Shown here one piece after another: positions 1 through 13,080 of a DNA stretch of 64,000 nt. Origin of the DNA: Azolla caroliniana (taxonomy: Eukaryota; Plantae; Polypodiophyta); the NCBI GenBank assembly GCA_043228905.1, contig JBHGNT010000038.1:62001-126000 (forward strand), given 5' to 3'. How positions within the stretch are numbered: the first letter of the stretch is position 1; each line of letters begins with the position of its first letter. Below the pieces are notes generated by a model. It did not search any database. It saw nothing but the letters and a program-made list of their open reading frames with translations, and was not told the DNA's origin. Both the position numbers and the translations under genes were made by a program.

Positions 1-3000
1 AGATTTTGAAACTCAGGTCGAGAGACATGACAAAATTACCAAATTTGAGGAGTGAGTAGAGAGGAGCCCTTGAGTAGATAAAAATGTTCATACCTAGCTC
101 GTGTGATATCGGATTTTTGTGTTCAAACATCCGAATCGAAGCTAACAACGCTAGCTATGATATTGAATTAAAAAATCAAGATTTTGAAACTAAGGTCGAG
201 AGACATGACGAAATTAGCAAATTTGAGGAGTGAGTTGAGAGGAGCCCTCGAGTAAATTAAAATGGTCATACCTAGCGAGTGTGATATCGGTTTTTTGTGT
301 ACAAACATGCGAATCGAAGCTAACAATGCTAGCTATGATATGGAATTAAAAAATCAAGATTTTGAAACTCAGGTCGAGAGACAGGAAGAAATTACCAAAT
401 TTGAGGAGGGAGTTAAGAAGAGCTATTAGGTAAATTACAATGTTCATACCTGGCTCGTGTGATATCGGATTTTTGTGTTCAAACATTGGAATCGAAGCTA
501 ACAACGCTAGGTATGATATAGAATTAAAAAATCAAGATTTTGAAACTCAGGTCGAGAGACATGACGAAATTACCAAATTTGAGGAGTGAGTTAAGGAGAG
601 CTATTAGGTAAATTATAATGTTCATACCTGGCTCGTGTGATAACGGATTTCTGTGTTCAAACATGCGAATCGAAGCTAATAACGCTAGCTATGATATGGA
701 ATTAAAAAATCAATATTTTGAAACTCAGGTCGAGAGACATGACGAAATTAGCAAATTTGAGGAGTGAGTTGAGATGAGCCCTTGAGTAAATTAAAATGTT
801 CATACATAGCGAGTGTGATATCGGATTTTTGTGTACAAACATGCGAATCGAAGCTAACAACGCTAGCTATAATATGAAATTAAAAAATCAAGATTTTGAA
901 ACTCAGGTCGAGAGACATGACGAAATTACCAAATTTGAGGAGTGAGTTGAGAGGAGCCCTTGAGTAAATTAAAATGGTCATACCTAGCGAGTGTGATATC
1001 GAATTTTTGTGTACAAACATGCGAATCGAAGCTAACAACGCTAGCTGTGATATGCAATTAAAAAATCAAGATATTGAAACTCAGGTCGAGAGACATGAAG
1101 AAATTACCAAATTTGAGGAGTGAGGTTAGAAGAGCGCGTGAGTGAATTAAAATGTTCATACCTGGCTCGTGTGATATCTGATTTTTGTGTTCAAACCTGC
1201 GAATCGAAGCTAACAACGCTAGCTATGATATGGAATTACAAAATCAAGATTTTGAAACTCCAGGCGAGAGACATGACGAAATTACCAAATTTGAGGAGTG
1301 AGGTTGGAAGAGCGCGTGAGTGAATTAAAATGTTCATACCTGGCTCGTGTGATATCGGATTTTTGTGTACAAACATGCGAATCGAAGCTAACAACGCTAG
1401 CTATGATATGGAATTAAAAAATCAAGATTTTGAAACCCAGGTCGCGAGACATGACGAAATTACCAAATTTGAGGAGGGAGTTGAGAGGAGCCCTTGAGTA
1501 AATTAAAATGGTCATACCTAGCGAGTGTGATATCGGATTTTTGTGTACAAACATGTGAATCGAAGCTAACAACGCTAGCTATGATATGGAATTGAAAAAT
1601 CAAGATTTTGAAACTCAGGTGGAGAGACATGACGAAATTAGCAAATTTGAGGAGTGAGTTGAGAGGAGCCCTTGAGTAAATTAAAATGGTCATACCTAGC
1701 GAGTGTGATATCGCACTTTTGTGTACAAACATGCGAATCGAAGCTAACAACGCTAGCTATGATATGGAATTAAAAAATCAAGATTTTGAAACTCAGGTCG
1801 AGAGACATGACGAAATTAGCAAATTTGAGGAGGGAGTTGAGAGGAGCCCTTGAGTAAATTAAAATGGTCATACCTGGCTCGTGTGATATCGGATTTTTGT
1901 GTTCAAACATGCGAATCGAAGCTCACAACGCTAGCTATAATATGGAATTAAAAAATCAATATTTTGAAAGTCAGGTCGAGAGACATGACGAAATTAGCAA
2001 ATTTGAGGAGTGAGTTGAGAGAAGCCCTTGAGTAAATTACAATGTTTATACCTGGTTCGTGTGATATCGGATTTTTGTGTTCAAACATGCGAATCGAAGC
2101 TAACAACGCTAGCTATGATATGGAATTAAAAAATCAAGATTTTGAAACTAAGGTCGAGAGACATGACGAAATTAGCAAATTTGAGGAGTGAGTTGAGAGG
2201 AGCCCTTGAGTAAATGAAAATGGTCATACCTAGCGAGTGTGATATCGGATTTTTGTGTACAAACATGCGAATCGAAGCTAACAACGCTAGCTATGATATG
2301 GAATTAAAAAATCAATATTTTGAAACTCAGGTCGAGAGACATGAAGAAATTACCAAATTTGAGGAGGGAGTTAAGAAGAGCTATTAGGTAAATTACAATG
2401 TTCATACCTGGCTCGTGTGATATCGGATTTTTGTGTTCAAACATTGGAATCGAAGCTAACAACGCTAGGTATGATATAGAATTAAAAAATCAAGATTTTG
2501 AAACTCAGGTCGAGAGACATGACGAAATTACCAAATTTGAGGAGTGAGTTAAGAAGAGCTATTAGGTAAATTAAAATGTTCATACCTGGCTCGTGTGATA
2601 TCGGATTTTTGTGTTCAAACCTGTGAATCGAAGCTAACAACGCTAGGTATGATATGGAATTACAAAATCAAGATTTTGAAACTCCAGGCGAGAGACATGA
2701 CGAAATTACCAAATTTGAGGAGTGAGGTTGGAAGAGCGCGTGAGTGAATTAAAATGTTCATACCTGGCTCACGTGATATCGGATTTTTGTGTTCAAACAT
2801 GCGAATCGAAGCTAACAACGCTAGCTATGATATGGAATTAAAAAATCAAGATTTTGAAACTCAGGTCAAGAGACATGACGAAATTAGCAAATTTGAGGAG
2901 TGAGTTGAGAGGAGCCCTTGAGTAAATTAAAATGGTCATACATAGCGAGTGTGATATCGGATTTTTGTGTACAAACATGCGAATCGAAGCTAACAACGCT

Positions 3001-3299
3001 AGCTATGATATGGAATTAAAAAATCAAGATTTTGAAACTCAGGTCGGGAGACATGACGAAATTACCAAATTTGAGGAGGGAGTTGAGAGGGACCCTTGAG
3101 TAAATTAAAATGGTCATACCTAGCGAGTGTGATATCGGATTTTTGTGTACAAACATGCGAATCGAAGCTAACAACGCTAGCTATGATATGGAATTAAAAA
3201 ATGAAGATTTTGAAACTCAGGTCGAGAGACATGACAAAATTAGCAAATTTGAGGAGTGAGTTGAGAGGAGCCCTTGAGTAGATAAAAATGTTCATACCT

Positions 3300-5990
3300 G
3301 GCTCGTGTGATATCGGATTTTTGTGTTCAAACATGCGAATCGAAGCTAACAACGCTAGCTATGATATGGAATTGAAAAATGAAGATTTTGAAACTCAGGT
3401 CGAGAGACATGACAAAATTAGCAAATTTGAGGAGTGAGTTGAGAGGAGCCCTTGAGTAGATAAAAATGTTCATACCTAGCTCGTGTGATATCGGATTTTT
3501 GTGTTCAAACATCCGAATCGAAGCTAACAACGCTAGCTATGATATGGAATTAAAAAATCAAGATTTTGAAACTAAGGTCGAGAGACATGACGAAATTAGC
3601 AAATTTGAGGAGTGAGTTGAGAGGAGCCCTCGAGTAAATTAAAATGGTCATACCTAGCGAGTGTGATATCGGTTTTTTGTGTACAAACATGCGAATCGAA
3701 GCTAACAATACTAGCTATGATATGGAATTAAAAAATCAAGATTTTGAAACTCAGGTCGAGAGACATGAAGAAATTACCAAATTTGAGGAGGGAGTTAAGA
3801 AGAGCTATTAGGTAAATTACAATGTTCATACCTGGCTCGTGTGATATCGGATTTTTGTGTTCAAACATTGGAATCGAAGCTAACAACGCTAGGTATGCTA
3901 TAGAATTAAAAAATCAAGATTTTGAAACTCAGGTCGAGAGACATGACGAAATTACCAAATTTGAGGAGTGAGTTAAGAAGAGCTATTAGGTAAATTATAA
4001 TGTTCATACCTGGCTCGTGTGATATCGGATTTCTGTGTTCAAACATGCGAATCGAAGCTAATAACGCTAGCTATGATATGGAATGAAAAAATCAAGATTT
4101 TGAAACTCAGGTCGAGAGACATGACGAAATTACCAAATTTGAGGAGGGAGTTGAGAGGGGCCCTTGAGTAAATTAATATGTTCATACCTAGCTCGTGTGA
4201 TATCGGATTTTTGTGTACAAACATGCGAATCGAAGCTAACAACGCTAGCTATGATATGGAATTAAAAAATCAAGATTTTAAAACTCAGGTCGAGAGACAT
4301 GACGAAATTACCAAATTTGAGGAGTCAGTTGAGAGGAGCCCTTGAGTAAATTATAATGTTCATACCTGGTTCGTGTGATATCGGATTTTTGTGTTCAAAC
4401 ATGCGAATCGAAGCTAATAACGCTAGCTATGATATGGAATTAAAAAATCATGATTTTGCAACTCAAGTCAAGAGACATGAAGAAATTACCAAATTTGAGG
4501 AGTGAGGTTGGAAGAGCGCGTGAGTGAATTAAAATGTTCATACCTGGCTCGTGTGATATCGGATTTTTGTGTTCAAACATGCGAATCGAAGCTAACAACG
4601 CTAGCTATGATATGGAATTGAAAAATGAAGATTTTGAAACTCAGGTCGAGAGACATGACAAAATTAGCAAATTTGAGGAGTGAGTTGAGAGGAGCCCTTG
4701 AGTAGATAAAAATGTTCATACCTAGCTCGTGTGATATCGGATTTTTGTGTTCAAACATCCGAATCGAAGCTAACAACGCTAGCTATGATATGGAATTAAA
4801 AAATCAAGATTTTGAAACTAAGGTCGAGAGACATGACGAAATTAGCAAATTTGAGGAGTGAGTTGAGAGGAGCCCTCGAGTAAATTAAAATGGTCATACC
4901 TAGCCAGTGTGATATCGGTTTTTTGTGTACAAACATGCGAATCGAAGCTAACAATGCTAGCTATGATATGGAATTAAAAAATCAAGATTTTGAAACTCAG
5001 GTCGAGAGACATGAAGAAATTACCAAATTTGAGGAGGGAGTTAAGAAGAGCTATTAGGTAAATTACAATGTTCATACCTGGCTCGTGTGATATCGGATTT
5101 TTGTGTACAAACATGCGAATCGAAGCTAACAATGCTAGCTATGATATGGAATTAAAAAATCAAGATTTTGAAACTCAGGTCGAGAGACATGAAGAAATTA
5201 CCAAATTTGAGGAGGGAGTTAAGAAGAGCTATTAGGTAAATTACAATGTTCATACCTGGCTCGTGTGATATCGGATTTTTGTGTTCAAACATTGGAATCG
5301 AAGCTAACAACGCTAGGTATGCTATAGAATTAAAAAATCAAGATTTTGAAACTCAGGTCGAGAGACATGACGAAATTACCAAATTTGAGGAGTGAGTTAA
5401 GAAGAGCTATTAGGTAAATTATAATGTTCATACCTGGCTCGTGTGATATCGGATTTCTGTGTTCAAACATGCGAATCGAAGCTAATAACGCTAGCTATGA
5501 TATGGAATGAAAAAATCAAGATTTTGAAACTCAGGTCGAGAGACATGACGAAATTACCAAATTTGAGGAGGGAGTTGAGAGGGGCCCTTGAGTAAATTAA
5601 TATGTTCATACCTAGCTCGTGTGATATCGGATTTTTGTGTACAAACATGCGAATCGAAGCTAACAACGCTAGCTATGATATGGAATTAAAAAATCAAGAT
5701 TTTGAAACTCAGGTCGAGAGACATGACGAAATTACCAAATTTGAGGAGTCAGTTGAGAGGAGCCCTTGAGTAAATTATAATGTTCATACCTGGTTCGTGT
5801 GATATCGGATTTTTGTGTTCAAACATGCGAATCGAAGCTAATAACGCTAGCTATGATATGGAATTAAAAAATCAAGATTTTGCAACTCAAGTCAAGAGAC
5901 ATGAAGAAATTACCAAATTTGAGGAGTGAGGTTGGAAGAGCGCGTGAGTGAATTAAAATGTTCATACCTGGCTCGTGTGATATCGGATTT
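3300..5990 (+). repeat. Tandem higher-order duplication: a 7-mer followed by an 8-mer copy (one monomer duplicated in copy 2)
   Basis: ORF offsets are 3327->4573 (1246 = 7x178) and 4039->5463 (1424 = 8x178). Both copies share GTAGATAAAAATG, AAACATCCGAATC, GCCCTCGAG, GGTATGCTATAG and GGAGTCAGTT. The extra monomer lies at about 4930-5285. Confidence 0.85.
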
Positions 5991-7363
5991 CTGTGTTCAA
6001 ACATGCGAATCGAAGCTAATAACGCTAGCTATGATATGGAATGAAAAAATCAAGATTTTGAAACTCAGGTCGAGAGACATGACGAAATTACCAAATTTGA
6101 GGAGGGAGTTGAGAGGGGCCCTTGAGTAAATTAATATGTTCATACCTAGCTCGTGTGATATCGGATTTTTGTGTACAAACATGCGAATCGAAGCTAACAA
6201 CGCTAGCTATGATATGGAATTAAAAAATCAAGATTTTGAAACTCAGGTCGAGAGACATGACGAAATTACCAAATTTGAGGAGTGAGTTGAGAGGAGCCCT
6301 TGAGTAAATTATAATGTTCATACCTGGCTCGTGTGATATCGGTTTTTTGTGTTCAAACATGCGAATCGAAGCTAATAACGCTAGCTATGATATGGAATTA
6401 AAAAATCAATATTTTGAAACTCAGGTCGAGAGACATGACGAAATTAGCAAATTTGAGGAGTGAGTTGAGATGAGCCCTTGAGTAAATTAAAATGTTCATA
6501 CATAGCGAGTGTGATATCGGATTTTTGTGTACAAACATGCGAATCGAAGCTAACAACGCTAGCTATGATATGGAATTAAAAAATCAAGATTTTGAAACTC
6601 AGGTCGAGAGACATGACGAAATTACCAAATTTGAGGAGTGAGTTGAGAGGAGCCCTTGAGTAAATTATAATGTTCATACCTGGTTCGTGTGATATCGGAT
6701 TTTTGTGTTCAAACATGCGAATCGAAGCTAATAACGCTAGCTATGATATGGAATTAAAAAATCAAGATTTTGCAACTCAAGTCAAGAGACATGAAGAAAT
6801 TACCAAATTTGAGGAGTGAGGTTGGAAGAGCGCGTGAGTGAATTAAAATGTTCATACCTGGCTCGTGTGATATCGGATTTTTGTGTTCAAACATGCGAAT
6901 CGAAGCTAACAACGCTAGCTATGATATGGAATAAAAAAATCAAGATTTTCAAACTCAGGTCGAGAGACATGACGAAATTACCAAATTTGAGGAGTGAGTT
7001 GAGAGGAGCCCTTGAGTAAATTAAAATGGTCATACCTAGCGAGTGTGATATCGGATTTTTGTGTACAAACATGCGAATCGAAGCTAACAACGCTAGCTAT
7101 GATATGGAATTAAAAAATCAAGATTTTGAAACTCAGGTCGAGAGACATGACGAAATTACCAAATTTGAGGAGGGGGTTGAGAGGGGCCCTTGAGTAAATT
7201 AAAATGTTCATACCTAGCTCGTGTGATATCGGATTTTTGTGTTCAAACATGCGAATCGAAGCTAACAACGCTAGCTATGATATGGAGTAAAAAAAACAAG
7301 ATTTTGAAACTCAGGTCGAGAGACATGACGAAATTAGCAAATTTGAGGAGTGAGTTGAGAGGA

Positions 7364-10300
7364 GCCCTTGAGTAAATTAAAATGGTCATACCTAGCGAGT
7401 GTGATATCGGATTTTTGTGTACAAACATGCGAATCGAAGCTAACAACGCTAGCTATGATATGGAATTAAAAAATCAAGATTTTGAAACTTACGTCGAGAG
7501 ATATGACGAAATTAGCAAATTTGAGGAGTGAGTTGAGAGGAGCCCTTGAGTAAATTAAAATGGTCATACCTAGCGAGTGTGATATCGGATTTTTGTGTTC
7601 AAACATGCGAATCTAAGCTAACAACGCTAGCTATGATATGGAATTAAAAAATCAAGATTTTGAAACTCAGGTCGAGAGACATGACGAAATTACCAAATTT
7701 GAGGAGCGAGTTAAGAAGAGCTATTAGGTACATTACAATGTTCATACCTGGCTCGTGTGATATCGGTTTTTTGTGTTCAAACATGCGAATCGAAGCTAAC
7801 AATGCTAGCTATGATATGGAATTAAAAAATCAAGATTTTGAAACTCAGGTCGAGAGACATGACGAAATTACCAAATTTGAGGAGGGAGTTGAGAGGGGCC
7901 CTTGAGTAAATTAATATGTTCATACCTAGCTCGTGTGATATCGGATTTTTGTGTTCAAACATGCGAATCGAAGCTAACAACGCTAGCTATGATATGGAAT
8001 TAAAAAATCAAGATTTTGAAACTCAGGTCGAGAGACATGACGAAATTACCAAATTTGAGGAGGGAGTTGAGAGGAGCCCTTGAGTAAATTAAAATGGTCA
8101 TACCTAGAGAGTGTGATATCGGATTTTTGTGTTCAAACATTGGAATCGAAGCTAACAACGCTAGGTATGATATAGAATTAAAAAATCAAGATTTTGAAAC
8201 TCAGGTCGAGAGACATGACGAAATTACCAAATTTGAGGAGTGAGTTAAGAAGAGCTATTAGGTAAATTATAATGTGCATACCTGGCTCGTGTGATATCGG
8301 ATTTCTGTGTTCAAACATGCGAATCGAAGCTAATAACGCTAGCTATGATATGGAATTAAAAAATCAATATTTTGAAACTCAGGTCGAGAGACATGACGAA
8401 ATTAGCAAATTTGAGGAGTGAGTTGAGATGAGCCCTTGAGTAAATTAAAATGTTCATACATAGCGAGTGTGATATCGGATTTTTGTGTACAAACATGCGA
8501 ATCGAAGCTAACAACGCTAGCTATGATATGGAATTAAAAAATCAAGATTTTGAAACTCAGGTCGAGAGACATGACGAAATTACCAAATTTGAGGAGTGAG
8601 TTGAGAGGAGCCCTTGAGTAAATTATAATGTTCATACCTGGTTCGTGTGATATCGGATTTTTGTGTTCAAACATGCGAATCGAAGCTAATAACGCTAGCT
8701 ATGATATGGAATTAAAAAATCAAGATTTTGCAACTCAAGTCAAGAGACATGAAGAAATTACCAAATTTGAGGAGTGAGGTAGGAAGAGCGCGTGAGTGAA
8801 TTAAAATGTTCATACCTGGCTCGTGTGATATCGGATTTTTGTGTTCAAACATGCGAATCGAAGCTAACAACGCTAGCTATGATATGGAATAAAAAAAACA
8901 AGATTTTCAAACTCAGGTCAAGAGACATGACGAAATTAGCAAATTTGAGGAGTGAGTTGAGAGGAGCCCTTGAGTAAATTAAAATGGTCATACCTAGAGA
9001 GTGTGATATCGGATTTTTGTGTACAAACATGCGAATCGAAGCTAACAACGCTAGCTATGATATGGAATTAAAAAATCAAGACTTTGAAACTCAGGTCAAG
9101 AGACATGACGAAATTACTAAATTTGAGGAGGGAGTTGAGAGGGGCCCTTGAGTAAATTAAAATGGTCATACCTAGCTCGTGTGATATCGGATTTTTGTGT
9201 TCAAACATGCGAATCGAAGCTAACAACGCTAGCTACGACATGGAATAAAAAAAAACAAGATTTTGAAACTCAGGTCAAGAGACATGACGAAATTAGCAAA
9301 TTTGAGGAGTGAGTTGAGAGGAGCCCTTGACTAAATTAAAATGTTCATACATAGCGAGTGTGATATCGGATTTTTGTGTACAAACATGCGAATCGAAGCT
9401 AAAAACGCTAGCTATGATATGGAATTAAAAAATCAAGATTTTGAAACTCAGGTCGAGACACATGACGAAATTACCAAATTTGAGGAGGGAGTTGAGAGGG
9501 GCCCTTGAGTAAATTAATATGTTCATACCTAGCTCGTGTGATATCGGATTTTTGTGTTCAAACATGCGAATCGAAGCTAACAACGCTAGCTATGATATGG
9601 AATTAAAAAATCAAGATTTTGAAACTCAGGTCGAGAGACATGACGAAATTACCAAATTTGAGGAGGGAGTTGAGAGGAGCCCTTGAGTAAATTAAAATGG
9701 TCATACCTAGAGAGTGTGATATCGGATTTTTGTGTACAAACATGCGAATCGAAGCTAACAACGCTAGCTATGATATGGAATTAAAAAATCAAGACTTTGA
9801 AACTCAGGTCAAGAGACATGACGAAATTACTAAATTTGAGGAGGGAGTTGAGAGGGGCCCTTGAGTAAATTAAAATGGTCATACCTAGCTCGTGTGATAT
9901 CGGATTTTTGTGTTCAAACATGCGAATCGAAGCTAACAACGCTAGCTACGACATGGAATAAAAAAAAACAAGATTTTGAAACTCAGGTCAAGAGACATGA
10001 CGAAATTAGCAAATTTGAGGAGTGAGTTGAGAGGAGCCCTTGACTAAATTAAAATGTTCATACATAGCGAGTGTGATATCGGATTTTTGTGTACAAACAT
10101 GCGAATCGAAGCTAAAAACGCTAGCTATGATATGGAATTAAAAAATCAAGATTTTGAAACTCAGGTCGAGACACATGACGAAATTACCAAATTTGAGGAG
10201 GGAGTTGAGAGGGGCCCTTGAGTAAATTAAAATGGTCATACCTAGCGAGTGTGATATCGGATTTTTGTGTACAAACATGCGAATCGAAGCTAACAACGCT

Positions 10301-13080
10301 AGCTATGATATGGAATTAAAAAATCAAGATTTTGAAACTTACGTCGAGAGATATGACGAAATTAGCAAATTTGAGGAGTGAGTTGAGAGGAGCCCTTGAG
10401 TAAATTAAAATGGTCATACCTAGCGAGTGTGATATCGGATTTTTGTGTTCAAACATGCGAATCTAAGCTAACAACGCTAGCTATGATATGGAATTAAAAA
10501 ATCAAGATTTTGAAACTCAGGTCGAGAGACATGACGAAATTACCAAATTTGAGGAGCGAGTTAAGAAGAGCTATTAGGTACATTACAATGTTCATACCTG
10601 GCTCGTGTGATATCGGTTTTTTGTGTTCAAACATGCGAATCGAAGCTAACAATGCTAGCTATGATATGGAATTAAAAAATCAAGATTTTGAAACTCAGGT
10701 CGAGAGACATGACGAAATTACCAAATTTGAGGAGGGAGTTGAGAGGGGCCCTTGAGTAAATTAATATGTTCATACCTAGCTCGTGTGATATCGGATTTTT
10801 GTGTTCAAACATGCGAATCGAAGCTAACAACGCTAGCTATGATATGGAATTAAAAAATCAAGATTTTGAAACTCAGGTCGAGAGACATGACGAAATTACC
10901 AAATTTGAGGAGGGAGTTGAGAGGAGCCCTTGAGTAAATTAAAATGGTCATACCTAGAGAGTGTGATATCGGATTTTTGTGTTCAAACATTGGAATCGAA
11001 GCTAACAACGCTAGGTATGATATAGAATTAAAAAATCAAGATTTTGAAACTCAGGTCGAGAGACATGACGAAATTACCAAATTTGAGGAGTGAGTTAAGA
11101 AGAGCTATTAGGTAAATTATAATGTGCATACCTGGCTCGTGTGATATCGGATTTCTGTGTTCAAACATGCGAATCGAAGCTAATAACGCTAGCTATGATA
11201 TGGAATTAAAAAATCAATATTTTGAAACTCAGGTCGAGAGACATGACGAAATTAGCAAATTTGAGGAGTGAGTTGAGATGAGCCCTTGAGTAAATTAAAA
11301 TGTTCATACATAGCGAGTGTGATATCGGATTTTTGTGTACAAACATGCGAATCGAAGCTAACAACGCTAGCTATGATATGGAATTAAAAAATCAAGATTT
11401 TGAAACTCAGGTCGAGAGACATGACGAAATTACCAAATTTGAGGAGTGAGTTGAGAGGAGCCCTTGAGTAAATTATAATGTTCATACCTGGTTCGTGTGA
11501 TATCGGATTTTTGTGTTCAAACATGCGAATCGAAGCTAATAACGCTAGCTATGATATGGAATTAAAAAATCAAGATTTTGCAACTCAAGTCAAGAGACAT
11601 GAAGAAATTACCAAATTTGAGGAGTGAGGTAGGAAGAGCGCGTGAGTGAATTAAAATGTTCATACCTGGCTCGTGTGATATCGGATTTTTGTGTTCAAAC
11701 ATGCGAATCGAAGCTAACAACGCTAGCTATGATATGGAATAAAAAAAACAAGATTTTCAAACTCAGGTCAAGAGACATGACGAAATTAGCAAATTTGAGG
11801 AGTGAGTTGAGAGGAGCCCTTGAGTAAATTAAAATGGTCATACCTAGAGAGTGTGATATCGGATTTTTGTGTACAAACATGCGAATCGAAGCTAACAACG
11901 CTAGCTATGATATGGAATTAAAAAATCAAGACTTTGAAACTCAGGTCAAGAGACATGACGAAATTACTAAATTTGAGGAGGGAGTTGAGAGGGGCCCTTG
12001 AGTAAATTAAAATGGTCATACCTAGCTCGTGTGATATCGGATTTTTGTGTTCAAACATGCGAATCGAAGCTAACAACGCTAGCTACGACATGGAATAAAA
12101 AAAAACAAGATTTTGAAACTCAGGTCAAGAGACATGACGAAATTAGCAAATTTGAGGAGTGAGTTGAGAGGAGCCCTTGACTAAATTAAAATGTTCATAC
12201 ATAGCGAGTGTGATATCGGATTTTTGTGTACAAACATGCGAATCGAAGCTAAAAACGCTAGCTATGATATGGAATTAAAAAATCAAGATTTTGAAACTCA
12301 GGTCGAGACACATGACGAAATTACCAAATTTGAGGAGGGAGTTGAGAGGGGCCCTTGAGTAAATTAATATGTTCATACCTAGCTCGTGTGATATCGGATT
12401 TTTGTGTTCAAACATGCGAATCGAAGCTAACAACGCTAGCTATGATATGGAATTAAAAAATCAAGATTTTGAAACTCAGGTCGAGAGACATGACGAAATT
12501 ACCAAATTTGAGGAGGGAGTTGAGAGGAGCCCTTGAGTAAATTAAAATGGTCATACCTAGAGAGTGTGATATCGGATTTTTGTGTACAAACATGCGAATC
12601 GAAGCTAACAACGCTAGCTATGATATGGAATTAAAAAATCAAGACTTTGAAACTCAGGTCAAGAGACATGACGAAATTACTAAATTTGAGGAGGGAGTTG
12701 AGAGGGGCCCTTGAGTAAATTAAAATGGTCATACCTAGCTCGTGTGATATCGGATTTTTGTGTTCAAACATGCGAATCGAAGCTAACAACGCTAGCTACG
12801 ACATGGAATAAAAAAAAACAAGATTTTGAAACTCAGGTCAAGAGACATGACGAAATTAGCAAATTTGAGGAGTGAGTTGAGAGGAGCCCTTGACTAAATT
12901 AAAATGTTCATACATAGCGAGTGTGATATCGGATTTTTGTGTACAAACATGCGAATCGAAGCTAAAAACGCTAGCTATGATATGGAATTAAAAAATCAAG
13001 ATTTTGAAACTCAGGTCGAGACACATGACGAAATTACCAAATTTGAGGAGGGAGTTGAGAGGGGCCCTTGAGTAAATTAA
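7364..13080 (+). repeat. 16-monomer (2850 bp) tandem duplication containing nested 4-mer (713 bp) repeats
   Basis: ORF pairs 7660/10510 and 8792/11642 are offset by 2850 (16x178+2). Private AATGTGCATA occurs at 8271 and 11121. TACCTAGAGA occurs at 8991/9704 and 11841/12554/13267 (period 713). GAGACACATG is seen only in this block. Confidence 0.9.

Noticed and set aside
1-178. Monomer derived from internal subrepeats (ACATGACGAA/ACATGCGAA; CTAGC..TGATAT.GGA twice)
   Set aside because: The motifs are short and their spacings are inconsistent (about 100/78 versus about 55 bp), so a 2x89 or 3x59 origin is not supported by eye.
7160-7190. G-quadruplex in GAGGAGGGGGTTGAGAGGGGCCC variants
   Set aside because: There are only two runs of three or more G per monomer, which is not a canonical G4 motif.
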